Part shown: in pieces, positions 38,401 to 50,639 of the stretch
Numbering within the stretch: the stretch's first letter is position 1
Layout of the letters: every line of letters begins with the position of its first letter
Assembly: GCF_009914755.1 (NCBI RefSeq)
Contig: NC_060942.1
Source: the human T2T-CHM13v2.0 reference genome, Homo sapiens
Length of the DNA stretch: 64,000 nt
Reading direction: 5' to 3' (one strand)
Notes under the pieces: model-generated
The model's database searches: none
What the model saw: the letters and a program-made list of their open reading frames with translations, nothing else
What the model was told of the DNA's origin: nothing
Program-made: the position numbers and the translations under genes

Positions 38401-40129
38401 TTTCCAGCCTCCCCATCCATACTTATCCTTACCTGTTAATGTAGAACAAAGAGATTTGGAGGAAGAAACATGGGACTAAACTTTACTCAGAATGTTTTCC
38501 TTTTAATCAACACTTTATACATTCTAATTTTTATTTGATAAAAATAAGTGAAATGTATGACATAAACACAGTGTAACAACCGATTAGACCTATTTTTCCA
38601 ATCTGAGTCCTGGCTACCGGCTCTATTAGTCATTCTACTTTTCTGTATTTGTAAAGCTTCTCAAAATTAAAGATAAAAGAGTTTATTGCTAGTAACATGT
38701 ATAAATAGACATTGAATAAAATGTGACTCTTTAAAAATTAGTTTATTCTATGGGCTTCTTTTGAAAGGTTATGGTGTACTAAAATTACTAGCGGATCTTT
38801 ATTACAAGCTCACTGGTAAAAATAGACAACGTGGAAATGTTCTAATTTGTTAGAAATTCGTGTTGAATGAGTATTAATCAAAACTTTAAAACCAAAATAC
38901 ATGGACATAAGAATAAATTATTCAACTTAATTATCCACTGACTTTAAATTCTAATTGCTAAATTTACTTTTTGCCCATTTCACCTCCTTCAAATCTCCAA
39001 GTAACTCTTCATTTTTCTCTCCTGTCAATATTTTATTCTCCCTTATTTTTTTTCTATTTCCTGATTTTTTGAACAACTCCAAGGGAGTTGTGTTTTGCTT
39101 GTGTTGAATGACATCATTACACCAACCCGTTAGGCAACTAGACCCTCATCAAGGTGAGCACCAGGAGACTTCAGACCACAGAGCCTCTCCTGATTTTTGA
39201 CTCAGGCTACCTGGCAACCGTGTTTAAATTATGAGTTGTTTAATTTTTTAGATCCCCTATAGATAAAGAAGGATTTTAGTAATCATCAATTTAAAATGCA
39301 CTGGGACACTTTATGACTGACATTTCTTGCAGTTTCTGTGCTGCGGCCTCATGAGTAACTGTCTGTAAGAAACATCATGTTCCTCATTCTGCCCTTGCTT
39401 CTTGGGCTCCAAAGGGAAAAACCAGAAATTCTGTGGATATAAAACATGGAAACATTCATTCTTTAAAGAAAAAGGCGGTAAAGCAGAGACGAGAACAGGG
39501 AAAGGATGTTATTGAATACATGCAAATGGATAAAATATGAATGATCATGTTCTCATGTTCAACTCAATTTTTAAAAGTGGATGTATGAGCACTGCCAGCA
39601 TTTAGTCAGGCCATGGTGGGCCTGTGGGCTAGAACAAGAGGCCACACTCAAGGTCAGATGGCACTCACAAAGCGGGGCCTCTGCTCCTTTATGACTCCCC
39701 TTCCTCAGTGACCCAGAGCACCCTCCTATCACAACCTGTAGGGGAGAGGAAGGTGTTAGGGCACTTTGAATCACAGCGGAGTGTGTGTCTACATGCTCTC
39801 CTCACATGCCACAAATCTGCATCACTTTACAACATTTCAATAGATTATGAGTAAGGAAGATCACTGCAGAACCAGTAAAAGCTGTTCTCACAGACAATGC
39901 GCTAAATTGGGTTTTACAAAGTATTGTGAGAGATCTCGGGAGAGGGGGAGCAACCTGCTCATAGATTTTGCCAAAATCAACATTTAAACACCTCCGTTAG
40001 GCAGAAGAGCAGTGCTACTGGAATTAGTTAGCAGCTCTTTCCTGCTGGACATCTGTCAGCCTCCGGACCCTACAGAGAAGAGGCCATGACCTAAAAGCAG
40101 TTTAAAAGCTTGAAAAAATAGAAGCTAAG

Positions 40130-40330
40130 GATTAAGCAAATATCGAAATTTGGAAAAGGAGAGAAGACTTTATTTCTTGTAGAGGGTTACAGCCTGCAAG
40201 GCCACCCCACAGGCTGGGAAGAACAGCCTCCTGCTGAGACCAGAGATGGGCACTTCCAGCAGGAGGGGTTGGGGCAGGAGCTTTGGGGTGAAAGGGTTGG
40301 CTAAAGATACACATTCATCAGGTGACAGGC
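40130..40330 (-). mobile_element. ERV1 LTR fragment (MER4-group-like)
   Basis: 'agaagactttatttcttgtagagggttacagcctgcaaggcc..caggctgggaag...aagggttggctaaagatacacattca'. Confidence 0.5.
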
Positions 40331-41299
40331 ATAACAACATAAAACCAGCTGTAGGTAACACAGAATGATTCTGATATTGATGTTCAATTCCACACACTAA
40401 CAGACGTGAGAACCTCATTCACCGCACGTGGAGAAGGCACTGTATCTGCTCCGTGGTGTCCAGATGACTTATGTTTATCGTTGCCTGGGTCTGCATTTTC
40501 TCTTCTGTAGATTTTGCTTATCCTGCAAAGCTTGTGCTGGGACTTCATTTCTAGGATTGAGTTTAAGCTGAGCCTCAGAGTTTTTATTGCAGCTACGGTG
40601 GATATGGCTTGGTTCCCTGCAGTACTCTCTGGAAAGTACCTTCCTCCATTTGAAATCCCTGACATGGTACCTCCTACAGCCTGCACAGCTCTGGCCTCTG
40701 CCATGGGTCTCATGGCCTCTGCTGCTAAAACTAGAGAGGAGGTTCATCCCCTGCCTCTTTATGGAGAAGAGCCACTTGCTGACTGAGCTGAAAAGGGACT
40801 CCCCACTGAGCAGGCTCACCAGTGTCCCGACAGCTGGGCAGATCATGGGGACGGGGAATTCTGAGCAGAACCTCTTCAGAAATTGAGTCTCAAGGGGCCT
40901 TGGGGAACTTGGTCAGCAGATGGCAAGACTTCATCTGTCAGTGGGCGGGTCAGCTCAGCGGGACTCCTGTCTTTGGAATTGAGACTCAAGTCTCTACTCT
41001 GTACCAAGACAGAGTTGGAGGCTAGGAAACAAGACACACAACCATTTTCCATCATCTAGGGGCAAGGCAGGGCTTGGCATGAGGCAGAACCGGGCTCCAT
41101 CAATGCCACATGTCAGGAGGAACCCCTTTTCTGTTTCAATCCCTCCTGCTCATTTGTGGGAGGCATTAGAGAGGCCTAACATAGTTTTTTTTTCTCCACG
41201 GCCTGAGGACGTGATAGGATTTCATTCCCGCCCCACCTTGTGGTTGGATGGAATCATGCGCCCAATTGTGGTCAAGACCAAGAAACTGAGGTATCATTT

Positions 41300-41658
41300 T
41301 TGTGTGTGTGGGACCAGGAAAATGGCTCTAATTTGGCTTTGTGTTTGTGCATGTGTGTGAGAACGGACAGGTAAATGTGTGTAATGGAGAGTGGGTAGGT
41401 GAGTGTGTACATGTGTGAGAGTGTGTATGTTATTGTGTGAATGTGAAGAAATGTGTGATAGTGGTGTTTGAACTTGGCAGTATGAGTGTGTATGTGGAAT
41501 ATAACTGCATGTGGATGTGTAAATATAAGTGTGTATGTGTGTTAATGTGTGTAAGTGTGTGAATAAGCCATGTGAGTGTGGTGTGTGAGCTTGGACCTAT
41601 GAGTGTGAGTGTGTGCGTCTGTGTGAGCATGACAGAGTGTGTGAGTTTGGGGTGTGTG
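41300..41658. repeat. Degenerate (TG)n-rich tract
   Basis: 'gtgtgt' and 'gagtgtg' runs throughout. Confidence 0.85.
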
Positions 41659-43146
41659 CAGGCCACAGCCAGTCCCTCCTGGGGTACTAGATCTTTCCAA
41701 CCCAAGCACCTCAAGTCGTTCTCCTTCCTCACTCCATCCTGAGCTTCCCAGCCAACTGCCTCTCATCCAAACTCCCACAGGGAAACAGTCCCTGGGACCA
41801 GGGGCTCTGAGCATGGCACAGTGCCAAGTCTCCTCCCTGGCCACCTCCTGAGAACCTGGGTGTAGCACAAAACAGTCAAATATGTTCCTCTTCTGTCATC
41901 ACTAACTAGAGCTCCACAACTTCCCAGATTGCCCTGTTAGCTCTTCACCATAATTAGCTATTTTCTGATATCATACTAACATTCCTTAATTATTCCCTCA
42001 GAAACAAAGCAAATCCGTGGGATGCAGAGGGTACGCTGATGACTTCTGCTGGGGAGAGAAGCCCAAACACACGTCCTGGGCAGAGCCCAGAGACCGGGAG
42101 TGTGGCTGCCAGTGAGCACCCGGCTGAGGGACAAGCAGGTGGGCCTCAGTGGTGGCTGCCAGGTCCCTGGAAGCCGGGGGCCACCGGCCTTGCCTCTCCT
42201 CTGCCTCGGAAGCACCGGAGGCTTTGGGGATCTGGTGGTCCTCCGGCCCTGAACGTGGACCTGGTGTGACAAAGGGAAGTTTGCCATCTCCATCCTCCTC
42301 AAGCTGCCTGTGCACCCCAGTAGCACCCACCCTCTCTGTGCTCCCGTCTGCACTGCATGTCCTGGGGTCCTTCTTTGTGCTGCACCCAATGACAGGAACC
42401 AGTGCCCTGACTGTGACTTGCCTCCCCCCTCAGGGACACACAAGCACTTTCACATCGAGGCTACTTTTCACCCCTTCTGCCTCCTGCAGGGACGCTGCAT
42501 GCATAGGCAGGAGGACAGAGGGGCTGGTCTCAGGTGTGGCTTCTCTCACACCTGGCGCAGGTGGCCACTCCCCTTCACCCCCCCCCCACCCCACCTCAGC
42601 TCCCGGGTGTGAATGAGAAAGGGGAACCAAGAGATCATCCTTACATGGGACACGCCACAAACCCCAAAAAGACCCATTTGGTGAAAAGAAGTAAAACAAC
42701 CACAAGGCTATTTTGGCCTGAGGTGGTCTCATGGCTGAAGCAGACCGCTGGTCTCTTGCCTGGGCTACTCAAATAATAACCCAGTGTGTCCTTCCATGTG
42801 CATTTTCCTTCAGGTTGAGCAAAAACACTTTGTCATCCTCCCACTCCTCAATAGAGCAGAAGGGAACGAAAGGCAACTACAGGGCCTTACAGAGCTGCTC
42901 CGGGGGCCGCGGGAAACTTATCAGCATCCTAGAAAAGACAAAACCAGTGGGTTGCATGTGGCCTCTGACACCTGCCACCCTGACTGCAGGGAGTGGCCTC
43001 CCCCACCTTTCACCTTCCCATCATTAGTAAGCGAAGTGACCCCCTACGCCTGGACAAAGCGCTCGAAAGCCCAGGCCCGCGGGTTAGCTCCAGCCGCTGG
43101 GCTTGACAGGGGTCAGGGAGGCGGGCCGGCCCCACAGCCAAGTCAC

Positions 43147-43901
43147 AGCTCCAGGGCCTGGTCGCACCTGAGCAGCGCGGCCTCGGGCTGCTGCTGGCGC
43201 TGCAGGCTCCGCGCCTGACCCTCCAGCCTGCGCAGCGGGCACTCGGCCGGGAAGAACCTCTCCAGCAGGCGGCTCAGCACTACGTTCACGCGCCCGCGCC
43301 CGTGGCCGCGCGGGCCCCAGCTCCACGCAGCGCTCACAGACCGTGAGCCCGCAGGGCAGTGTCACCGGCTTGTGCAGCAGCCGCGGGCAGCCAAGCAGGT
43401 CGCGGGGCGCGCCGGGCGCCAGGGCCGGCCCTCCCTAGCCTTGAGCTCGCCGCCCGGCTTCCTCGCCAACAGTGGCCGTTCGCGCAGGCCGGGACACACC
43501 AGGCCGCCCGCCAGCTCCCCCAGCTCCTCCGGCCGCAGCGCCTCCAGCCTCCCGGCTACACGGAACGCGCCCAGGGCCACCGGGAGGCGGCCGGCGCGGG
43601 TCAGAGCGTCCCCCAGCCTCAGGCACCGGCCGCGGTCGGGCTGCGCCAGCCGGGCCAGCATGGAGCGGAAGAGCCCGACTGCTTTCTGGTACTCGCTCGC
43701 GCGGAAGGCCTCGTCGCCCTCCTCCAAGCGCTGGGCGATTGGCTTCCCGCAGCAGCAGCCCGTCACTGGGGCGGCGGCGGGACCGGCTCAGTGCTGATCC
43801 CCGCGGGGCTGAGACCGTGCGGGCCTGGAGCGAAGGCGCGGAGCAGGGGCGATGAGCTGCTGCTGGGAACTGGCCGGCGGGAGCGCGGCCACAGCCTTCG
43901 C
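43147..43901 (-). pseudogene. LONRF2: Unprocessed partial pseudogene: LONRF2 exon 1 (TPR plus first RING region) in a CpG island
   Basis: Three minus-strand frames give PIAQRLEEGDEAFRA..LFRSMLARLAQPDRGRCLRLGDAL..AGRLP, VTLPCGLTVCERCVE and RVNVVLSRLLERFFPAEC..RSLQRQQQPEAALLRCDQALEL, matching the LONRF2 N-terminus as I recall it. The start codon appears as ATC (43798-43796), with an early TGA and frameshifts. Similarity ends at a donor-like GTGACT (43146-43141). The symbol names the parent gene. Confidence 0.88.
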
Positions 43902-45019
43902 CTGCAGAACCAAAAAAACGGTTTTAAAAATCTTTTTAACATCTGCAGAACGTGAAGAATTACATTGCAAATTAGTTAGAGATTGTATTGGACCTATAGA
44001 TTGATTTGAGTATGATGGTCATTTTAACAGTATTAACACTTCTAATTCAAAAAATGGGATAACCTTGTCTTTATTTGTATCTTTTCAATTGATTTTTATC
44101 AATGTTTTATAGTTTTCATTTTAGACGTCTTTATTTTGCCAGGCATTTTATTTTTTTATAGCTATTTTCAATGGGGATTCCTTTTTCAGATAGTATGCTG
44201 TTGGGTATAGAAATGCACCTGATTTTTCTATGCTGATTTTGTATTCTAAAACTTTACTGTATTCATTTACTATTTCTGTTTTTCAGTATAGGGTTTTTTA
44301 TACATAAAATCATGTCATCTGCAAACAGGGACAATTTGACTTTCTTTTTGTTTTTCAATTTGGATGTCTTTTCTTTCTCTTTTCTAATTGCTCTAGCTAG
44401 GACTTCCAGTGCTATGTTGAAGAGAAGTTATTAAAGTGAACATCCTTGTCTTGTTCTAGATCTTAGAGAGACAGTTTTCAATTTTTCCTTATTCAGTATC
44501 ATGTTGGCTGTGGGTTATCATATATGGCCTTTATTTTATTGAGTTATATTCTTTTTATAACTGATTTGTTAAGAGATCTTATGTTTACAAAAAACATTGA
44601 ATTTTGTCAAATGCTTTTTCTGTATCTATTTAAATGATTATATGATTTTTATCTTACCTTATCGAATATGGTGTATCACATTTATTGATTTATATATCAT
44701 AAGCCCTCCTTGCCTCCCTGGAACAAATACAACCTGATTATGGTGAATCATCTTTTTAATGTGCTTTCAAATTATGATTGCTAGCATTGCTGGTTTTGAA
44801 TTTTTGCATTTATGTTCATCACTGATATTGGCCTGTAGTTTAGTTTTTCACTGTTCTTGTTGCATTTTGGAATAAGGTAATTCTGTCTTCATAGAATGAG
44901 TATGGAAGAGTTTCCTCCTTTTCACTTTTTTTGGGAACAGTTTGTAAATAATTAGTATAAGTTCCTCTTTAAATGTTTTGAAGAATTCAGCAGTATAAGT
45001 ATTGGATCCTCAATTTTTA

Positions 45020-45218
45020 TTTTCCTCTCCTTCCGTCCCTTCCTTCCTTCCTCCCTCTCTCTTTTCTTCCTTTTCCTTTCTTTCTTTCTCTTTCTTTCTT
45101 TCTTTCTTTTTCTTTCCTTCCTTCCCTCCTTCCTTCCTTCCTTTCTTCTTCTTCTTCTTCTTCTTCTTCTTCTTCTTCTTCTTCTTCTTCTTCTTCTTCC
45201 TCTTTCTTCTTTCTTCTT
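45020..45218. repeat. Polypyrimidine tract: CCTT/CTTT mosaic plus pure (CTT)n of ~19 units
   Basis: Directly visible. Pure run at ~45142-45199, at the tail of a minus-strand Alu. Confidence 0.95.
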
Positions 45219-45221
45219 AAA

Positions 45222-45430
45222 TATTTTTGGTTTAGAGACAGGGCTTTCTCTGTCACTCAGGCTGGAGTACAGTGGTGCAATCATAGGTCACTGCAGCCTC
45301 AAATTCTTGGTCTTAAGTGATCCTCCTGCTCCAGCCTCCCAAGTTGTTAGGACTACAAGTGCACACCACTACACCTGGATAATTTTTATTTTTATTTTTG
45401 TAAAGACTGGGTCTCACTATGTTCCCCAGG
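45222..45430 (-). mobile_element. Alu (J-like), 5'-truncated
   Basis: 'agagacagggctttctctgtcactcaggctggagtacagtggtgcaatcata..cactgcagcctc'. Confidence 0.9.
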
Positions 45431-48400
45431 TTTTCTTCTAGGTTTTCTAATTTATTGGCATATAATTTTAGTACTTTCTCATGATTCTTTATATTTCTGT
45501 AGTAACCATTTTAATGTCTTTTTTCATCTCTGATTTTATTTATGTGAATCTTCTCTCTTTTTTCTTAATCTGACTAAAGATATATCAATTGTGTTTATCT
45601 TTTCAAAAAATAACTTTTTATTTCATTGATCTTTCATATTTTTGTCTCCATTTGGTTTATTTGTGCTCTAGTCTTCATTATCTATATTCTTTTACCAATT
45701 TGGGGCTAAGTTTATTCACGTTTCTATAATTCCTTGAAATGCATTCTTAAATTATTAATGAGAGTTTTCTTTTTTTCATATAGAAATTCATTTCTACAGA
45801 CTTCCCTCTGAGGACTTTTTCTGCTGTATTTCATAAGTTTTTGTATGTTCTGATTTCATTTTCATTTGTCTTAAGAATTTTTAAAATGAAACAAAATTTA
45901 TTTTTAACCCATTGTTTAGGGACACGTTGTTTAATTTGTATGTATTTGCACAATTTCTGAAGTTCTTGTTGTTTATTTCTAGTTTTATTCTATATTGTCA
46001 GAAAATATGTGATATAATTTTGATTTTTTTTTGAATTTGCTAAGGCTCATTTTGTGCCTAATATATGATCTATCATGGAAAATGTTCCAGGCGCAGTAGA
46101 GAAGACTGTGAATTATGCAATTGTTGGATAACATGTTCTGTAAATGACTGCTAAGTTATTTGGTCTGGAGTTCAGTTTAAATATGATGTTTCTTTGTTGA
46201 TTTTCTGTCTTGATAATCTGTTTATTGCTGAAAGTGGAATGTTAAGGTTTCTGACTATTATTTTATTGCTTGCTGTTTCTCCTGTTAGATCTATTAACAT
46301 TTGTTTTATATATTTAGGTGCTTCAATATAGAGGGCATATATATTTACAATTATATTATCTTGTGATATTGATCCCTTTATCATTATATAATGGCTGTAT
46401 TTGTCTGTTTTTATAGAATTTTGCTTGAAGCGTATGTTATCTGATATAAATATATCTATACTGGCTTTCTTTCGGTTTCCATATTTATAAAATATATTTT
46501 TCCATCTGATCACTTTCAATTTATGTGTGTATTTACAGATGAAGTGAATTTCCTGTAGAAAGTTTATAGTTAGGTCTTGTTTTTAATCAGTGTAGCCATT
46601 ATATGTCTTAAATGGGATAATCCATTTACATACAAGATAATTATTGATAGGCAAGGACTTGGTCCTGCCATATTATTACTTGTTTTCATTTTTTTTTATT
46701 TGTACTTTGATTGATTGATTGATTTCACTGTCTTCCTTTGTGATTAAGTGATTTACTCTATCAGTGTGTTTCGGTTTCTTTTTTTTTTTAATTTTTAGAG
46801 TATCTTTTAAAAGTTTTTGCTTTGTGGTTACCACAAGGCATGCAAAGAACATTTTATGGTTACAATAAGTTATTTTAAAGAGATAGCAACTTAATTTTGA
46901 TTCAAAAAAGGGGGAAAAGAAACCACTCTACTCTTTAACTCCCTCACTCCCTCACATTTTACATTTTTGATGTCTTAATTTACATCTTTGTATATTGCGA
47001 TTCCTTAACAAATTATTCTAATTATTATTATTTTATTTGTATTGTATTTTAACCTTCCTACTAAGGATATATAAGTGGTTTACATCCAATTGTTACCATA
47101 TTAGAGCATTCCAAATTTGTCTGAATCCTCACTTCTATCTGTGGGTTTATACCTTCCGATTTTTTGTGTTACATATTGCTGCTATTTCCTTTCAGTTCGA
47201 AGAACAATATTTAGCATTTCTTGTAAGGCTGGTTTGATTACAGTGAATTCCTTTGCTTTTTGTTTGTCTGAGAATGTTTCAATCTCTCCTTTATTTCTAA
47301 ATGATAGCTATGCTGGATAGTTTATTCATGGTTGACAGTTTTTTTAATTCAGCACTTGAATCTATTATCCTACTCTCTCCTGGCCTGTAGTGTTTCTGCT
47401 GACAAGTCTGCTGCCAGGCATATTGGAATTCTCTTATGTGTTGTTTCCTTTTTCTTAGTCCTTTCAGGGTCTTCTCTTTGTCTTTGACCTTTGAGAGTTT
47501 AATTATAATATGTCTTTGGTTGTCTTATTCAGATTAAATATGATTGGGCACTTTGACCATCCTAAACATTTTAATCTTTCTCCAGATTTAAAAAGTTTTC
47601 TGTTATTTCTTTGAATAAACTATCTCTTTTGCATTCTTAGTTCCCCTTTAACACCAATGATATGTAGATTGGCTCTTTTGTTGGTGTCCCACAAATCTCA
47701 TAAACTTTCTTTGTTTCTTTTCATTCTACTCTGACCATGTATTTTCAAAGAGCCTGTCTTTGAGCTCACTGTTTCTTTCTTCTGCTTGATCAGTTTTTCT
47801 GCTGATGCCTTCCATTGGATTTTCAAAGTGTCCATTGAACTTTGCTGCTCCAGGATTTACATGTGATTTTTCCCATTATTTTGATTTCTTTGTTGAATTT
47901 CTCTGGTACATTTCTGAATTGTGTCTCTGCTTTCTCAGTGTTCAGGCTCTTCTTAAAACAGCCATTTTGAATTCTTTGCCTGCCAGATCATTCATCTGTA
48001 TGTCTTTAAGTTCAGTTGCTGAAACCTTGTTTTGTCCATTTGGAGAGGCAACTTTTCCTAAGCTATCATTATTATATGTAGATATACATCTGTGTACACA
48101 TTAATGATTTAGATATTTATTTGAGTCTTCTCAGTTTGGGTGTGTTTGTGACTACTTTTAAGCGGGCTTATTAAGAAATTTTGAGCGGACTTATCATCGT
48201 ATTCCATTTTAGCGTTAGAGAGAGCCCAAATCCCACGTTAGACGTAAGTCTTCCAATGGCTCCATCACTGATGCAACGTTTGCTGGATGGGCCCATGGGT
48301 GATCCACAGGGAGCCCCTGGCTATGGGGGAGAACAAGTCAGGCCGTCAAGCCTGTAGAGTCTGTGTATTATGTTTCACATGGTGTCTGTTGCTGGCCCCA

Positions 48401-49515
48401 CCTCCGCTTATGTCCTTAACATGCCTCAGGTGGTTCATCCCTTTTGGCACTCATGGTGCCCCCTGTGGGCTGATACAGGAGTGAGTATACTGTGAAGGCA
48501 CTCAGTATAGTGGAAAAAACAAATATCAACCTCCTGCTTTTTTTCAGTGTAAAAACTATAAGCTCTATGGGAGTTTCTGCAGATGGTACCACAATGGCCT
48601 GAGGGAGGAGTATCACAGTCACAGAGTATTGGTTCTCTCACTGCATAAGCCATGGTTTTACCCACCTTCACAGGCTAAAGGTGCTTCATAACCTTGTTCA
48701 TGTATTGAGGTTCTGTTGGCTCTTGTAATGGTAATTTCACATGTGGGCAGTTGTTCATATTGATGTTTCTATAGGGGTATGATAGCTGGAGAGGTCGGCA
48801 CCACTGTCTTGCTCTGCCTTGATCATTTTTTTTTTTTAACAAGAATTTGTCTCCTCCTAGTTTTTCTTTTTCTCTTAACCGACCTAGGTTTAGCCTTTTA
48901 ATCCTTCTCCCTCCTCTGCTTCTAATGTCATTGTTTCTTTGTATGCCTATCATATCTACATGCTACATGACCTTCAGCTGGTTATGTATAATATATAAGA
49001 CTTAATATCCTATAAAATAGAGGTAATAATAGCATCTACTTGATAGGAAAGTTAAGAATATTAAATGACACCATTGATGTTAAATGGAAGTAACTTTCTG
49101 AAATGTATTAATGAGACATGATTCTTTGTTCTAGTCTTCACTTTATAGACTAGACTACTTTGTTTGAGTTTTCTCTTTTCAGTCAGAGAAAGCAATAAAA
49201 TTGTAATAGTAAAAATTAAATAAAATTTAACTTAAAATTGTGTTCTGGTCTTCTTGTTGTTCAGCCATGGAAAGCAATAAAATTGTGATAGCAGAAATTA
49301 AAAGTGAGCAGAGACTTATTTAAAAATTGGTATTCTCCTTTTCGATGCCAAAATAAGAACTAGAAAGTTTTAATAAGGCAACAGTCTGAAGAAACAATTT
49401 ATTGAAGAGAATATGGGTTTCTAAATCCTAACAAGTTTTTTTTACATATGTGAGTCAAGTTTGGCTGCCTTGAATCCTACTATGACTTTAATGGAAGTTC
49501 TAGTTAGGGTGGAAA

Positions 49516-50057
49516 GTGTCAAAGAAAACAATTGCACCAGACAAAGTTAAACACATAAAAAAAGCTGTTATTGAAGGCTATTGCAAAAGGACAAAGAGGC
49601 CAGAACTTAGTCTGAACTCAGCTCCACTGAAACAAACAGCAGTAGAGATTTTAAGAGCTGGGATGAGGGGGAGATCATAGACCCCTTGTCTTTGCTAGTT
49701 GTCTTTTTCCAAAGGAATATTAAACTATCTTTTATCTTTATGACAGAAGGTAATTTTACAAATTAGAGCAATATGCCTACCAAAATTTGGCTCTTACTCT
49801 TTCATGGAATCTGGGAGATAATGGTGTTATCTTTCTTGAGGATTACATTTCAAAGTCATGGCTCTGAGGTCCTTGAAATGGACATTTCTGAAGTGTAAAA
49901 CTGGGCTTTTAAAAAATTTATTTATCAAAGAGGCAGAGAAAGAATTTACAATGATAACATTTCTAAAATATGCTAAAGAAAAAAAGAGGCCAGGAGCCAA
50001 GAATCAGAAATAATCCTGTCTAAAATTTTATCAAGCTGAGGGGATGGTTTTAGTCAA
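49516..50057 (-). mobile_element. ERV1 LTR (MER31/MER67-like)
   Basis: 'tgtcaaagaaaacaattgcaccagacaaagttaaaca...cctgtctaaaattttatcaagctgaggg...tagtca'. Confidence 0.65.
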
Positions 50058-50639
50058 AGGTTTAGTGTAAGGGGAATTTCTATGAACAAGAGGAAGAGAA
50101 GAGCTTTTAACTACACAGGAAGAAGAAAGTTCCCAGGAGATGTGACTATGGCTCTGCCTGTGTCTCTGATCAGGTATTCAGCCCCAACATTCTCCTGGGA
50201 CTCGCTCAAACAGATAGATAGGAAAAAATAGTCAGTTAAAGATGAGAAAATATGCAGGCTGGTGTCTTACTTCTCTAGTGCACATAGGGTGTCCCAGGAA
50301 TGACAGAGTGGCAGGACAGGGGGAAGTGCCTGAGAGATCAATTCCCTTACTCTCAGCTTGTGAGTGCTGTCTGAAAAGCCAGTCTCTCCAAGCTTGGTGG
50401 GAGGGGGACTCACAACTGGTTTGACAGGACCAGTGGAGGCCCCTGGTGGGACATGCTGGCCTCAGGATGTGAAGTCTTGGAGGCTAGAGGAAAATGGCAG
50501 TGGGTGACCAGAAACTTCATCAGTGGGTACCAATACATGCAAAATCAAAGAGAAGATGAGCCATGTCAGCAGATATCAGTGAAGAATGCCCAGAGAAGAC
50601 TCCACTGACCATGCACAGCACAGACCAGCCTGTTCCAGA

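Larger units (their letters stand above)
43960..48815 (-). mobile_element. Old L1 (L1M1/L1M2/L1MA-type), 5' end retained, internally deleted, truncated in ORF2
   Basis: ORF 46172-46519 is an L1 endonuclease fragment (YIMIKGSISQDNIIVNIYA). RT-region motif 'catgtcatctgcaaacagggacaatttgac' at ~44311. L1M-type 5'UTR near 48750-48815. Confidence 0.85.

Noticed and set aside
40384-40886. Stacked ORFs as a possible processed pseudogene
   Set aside because: I could not match any frame to a known protein, and I saw no poly-A tail or TSD.
44952-45284. Arg-rich, Glu-rich and Phe-rich ORFs
   Set aside because: They are translations of the (CTT)n/CCTT microsatellite and an Alu.
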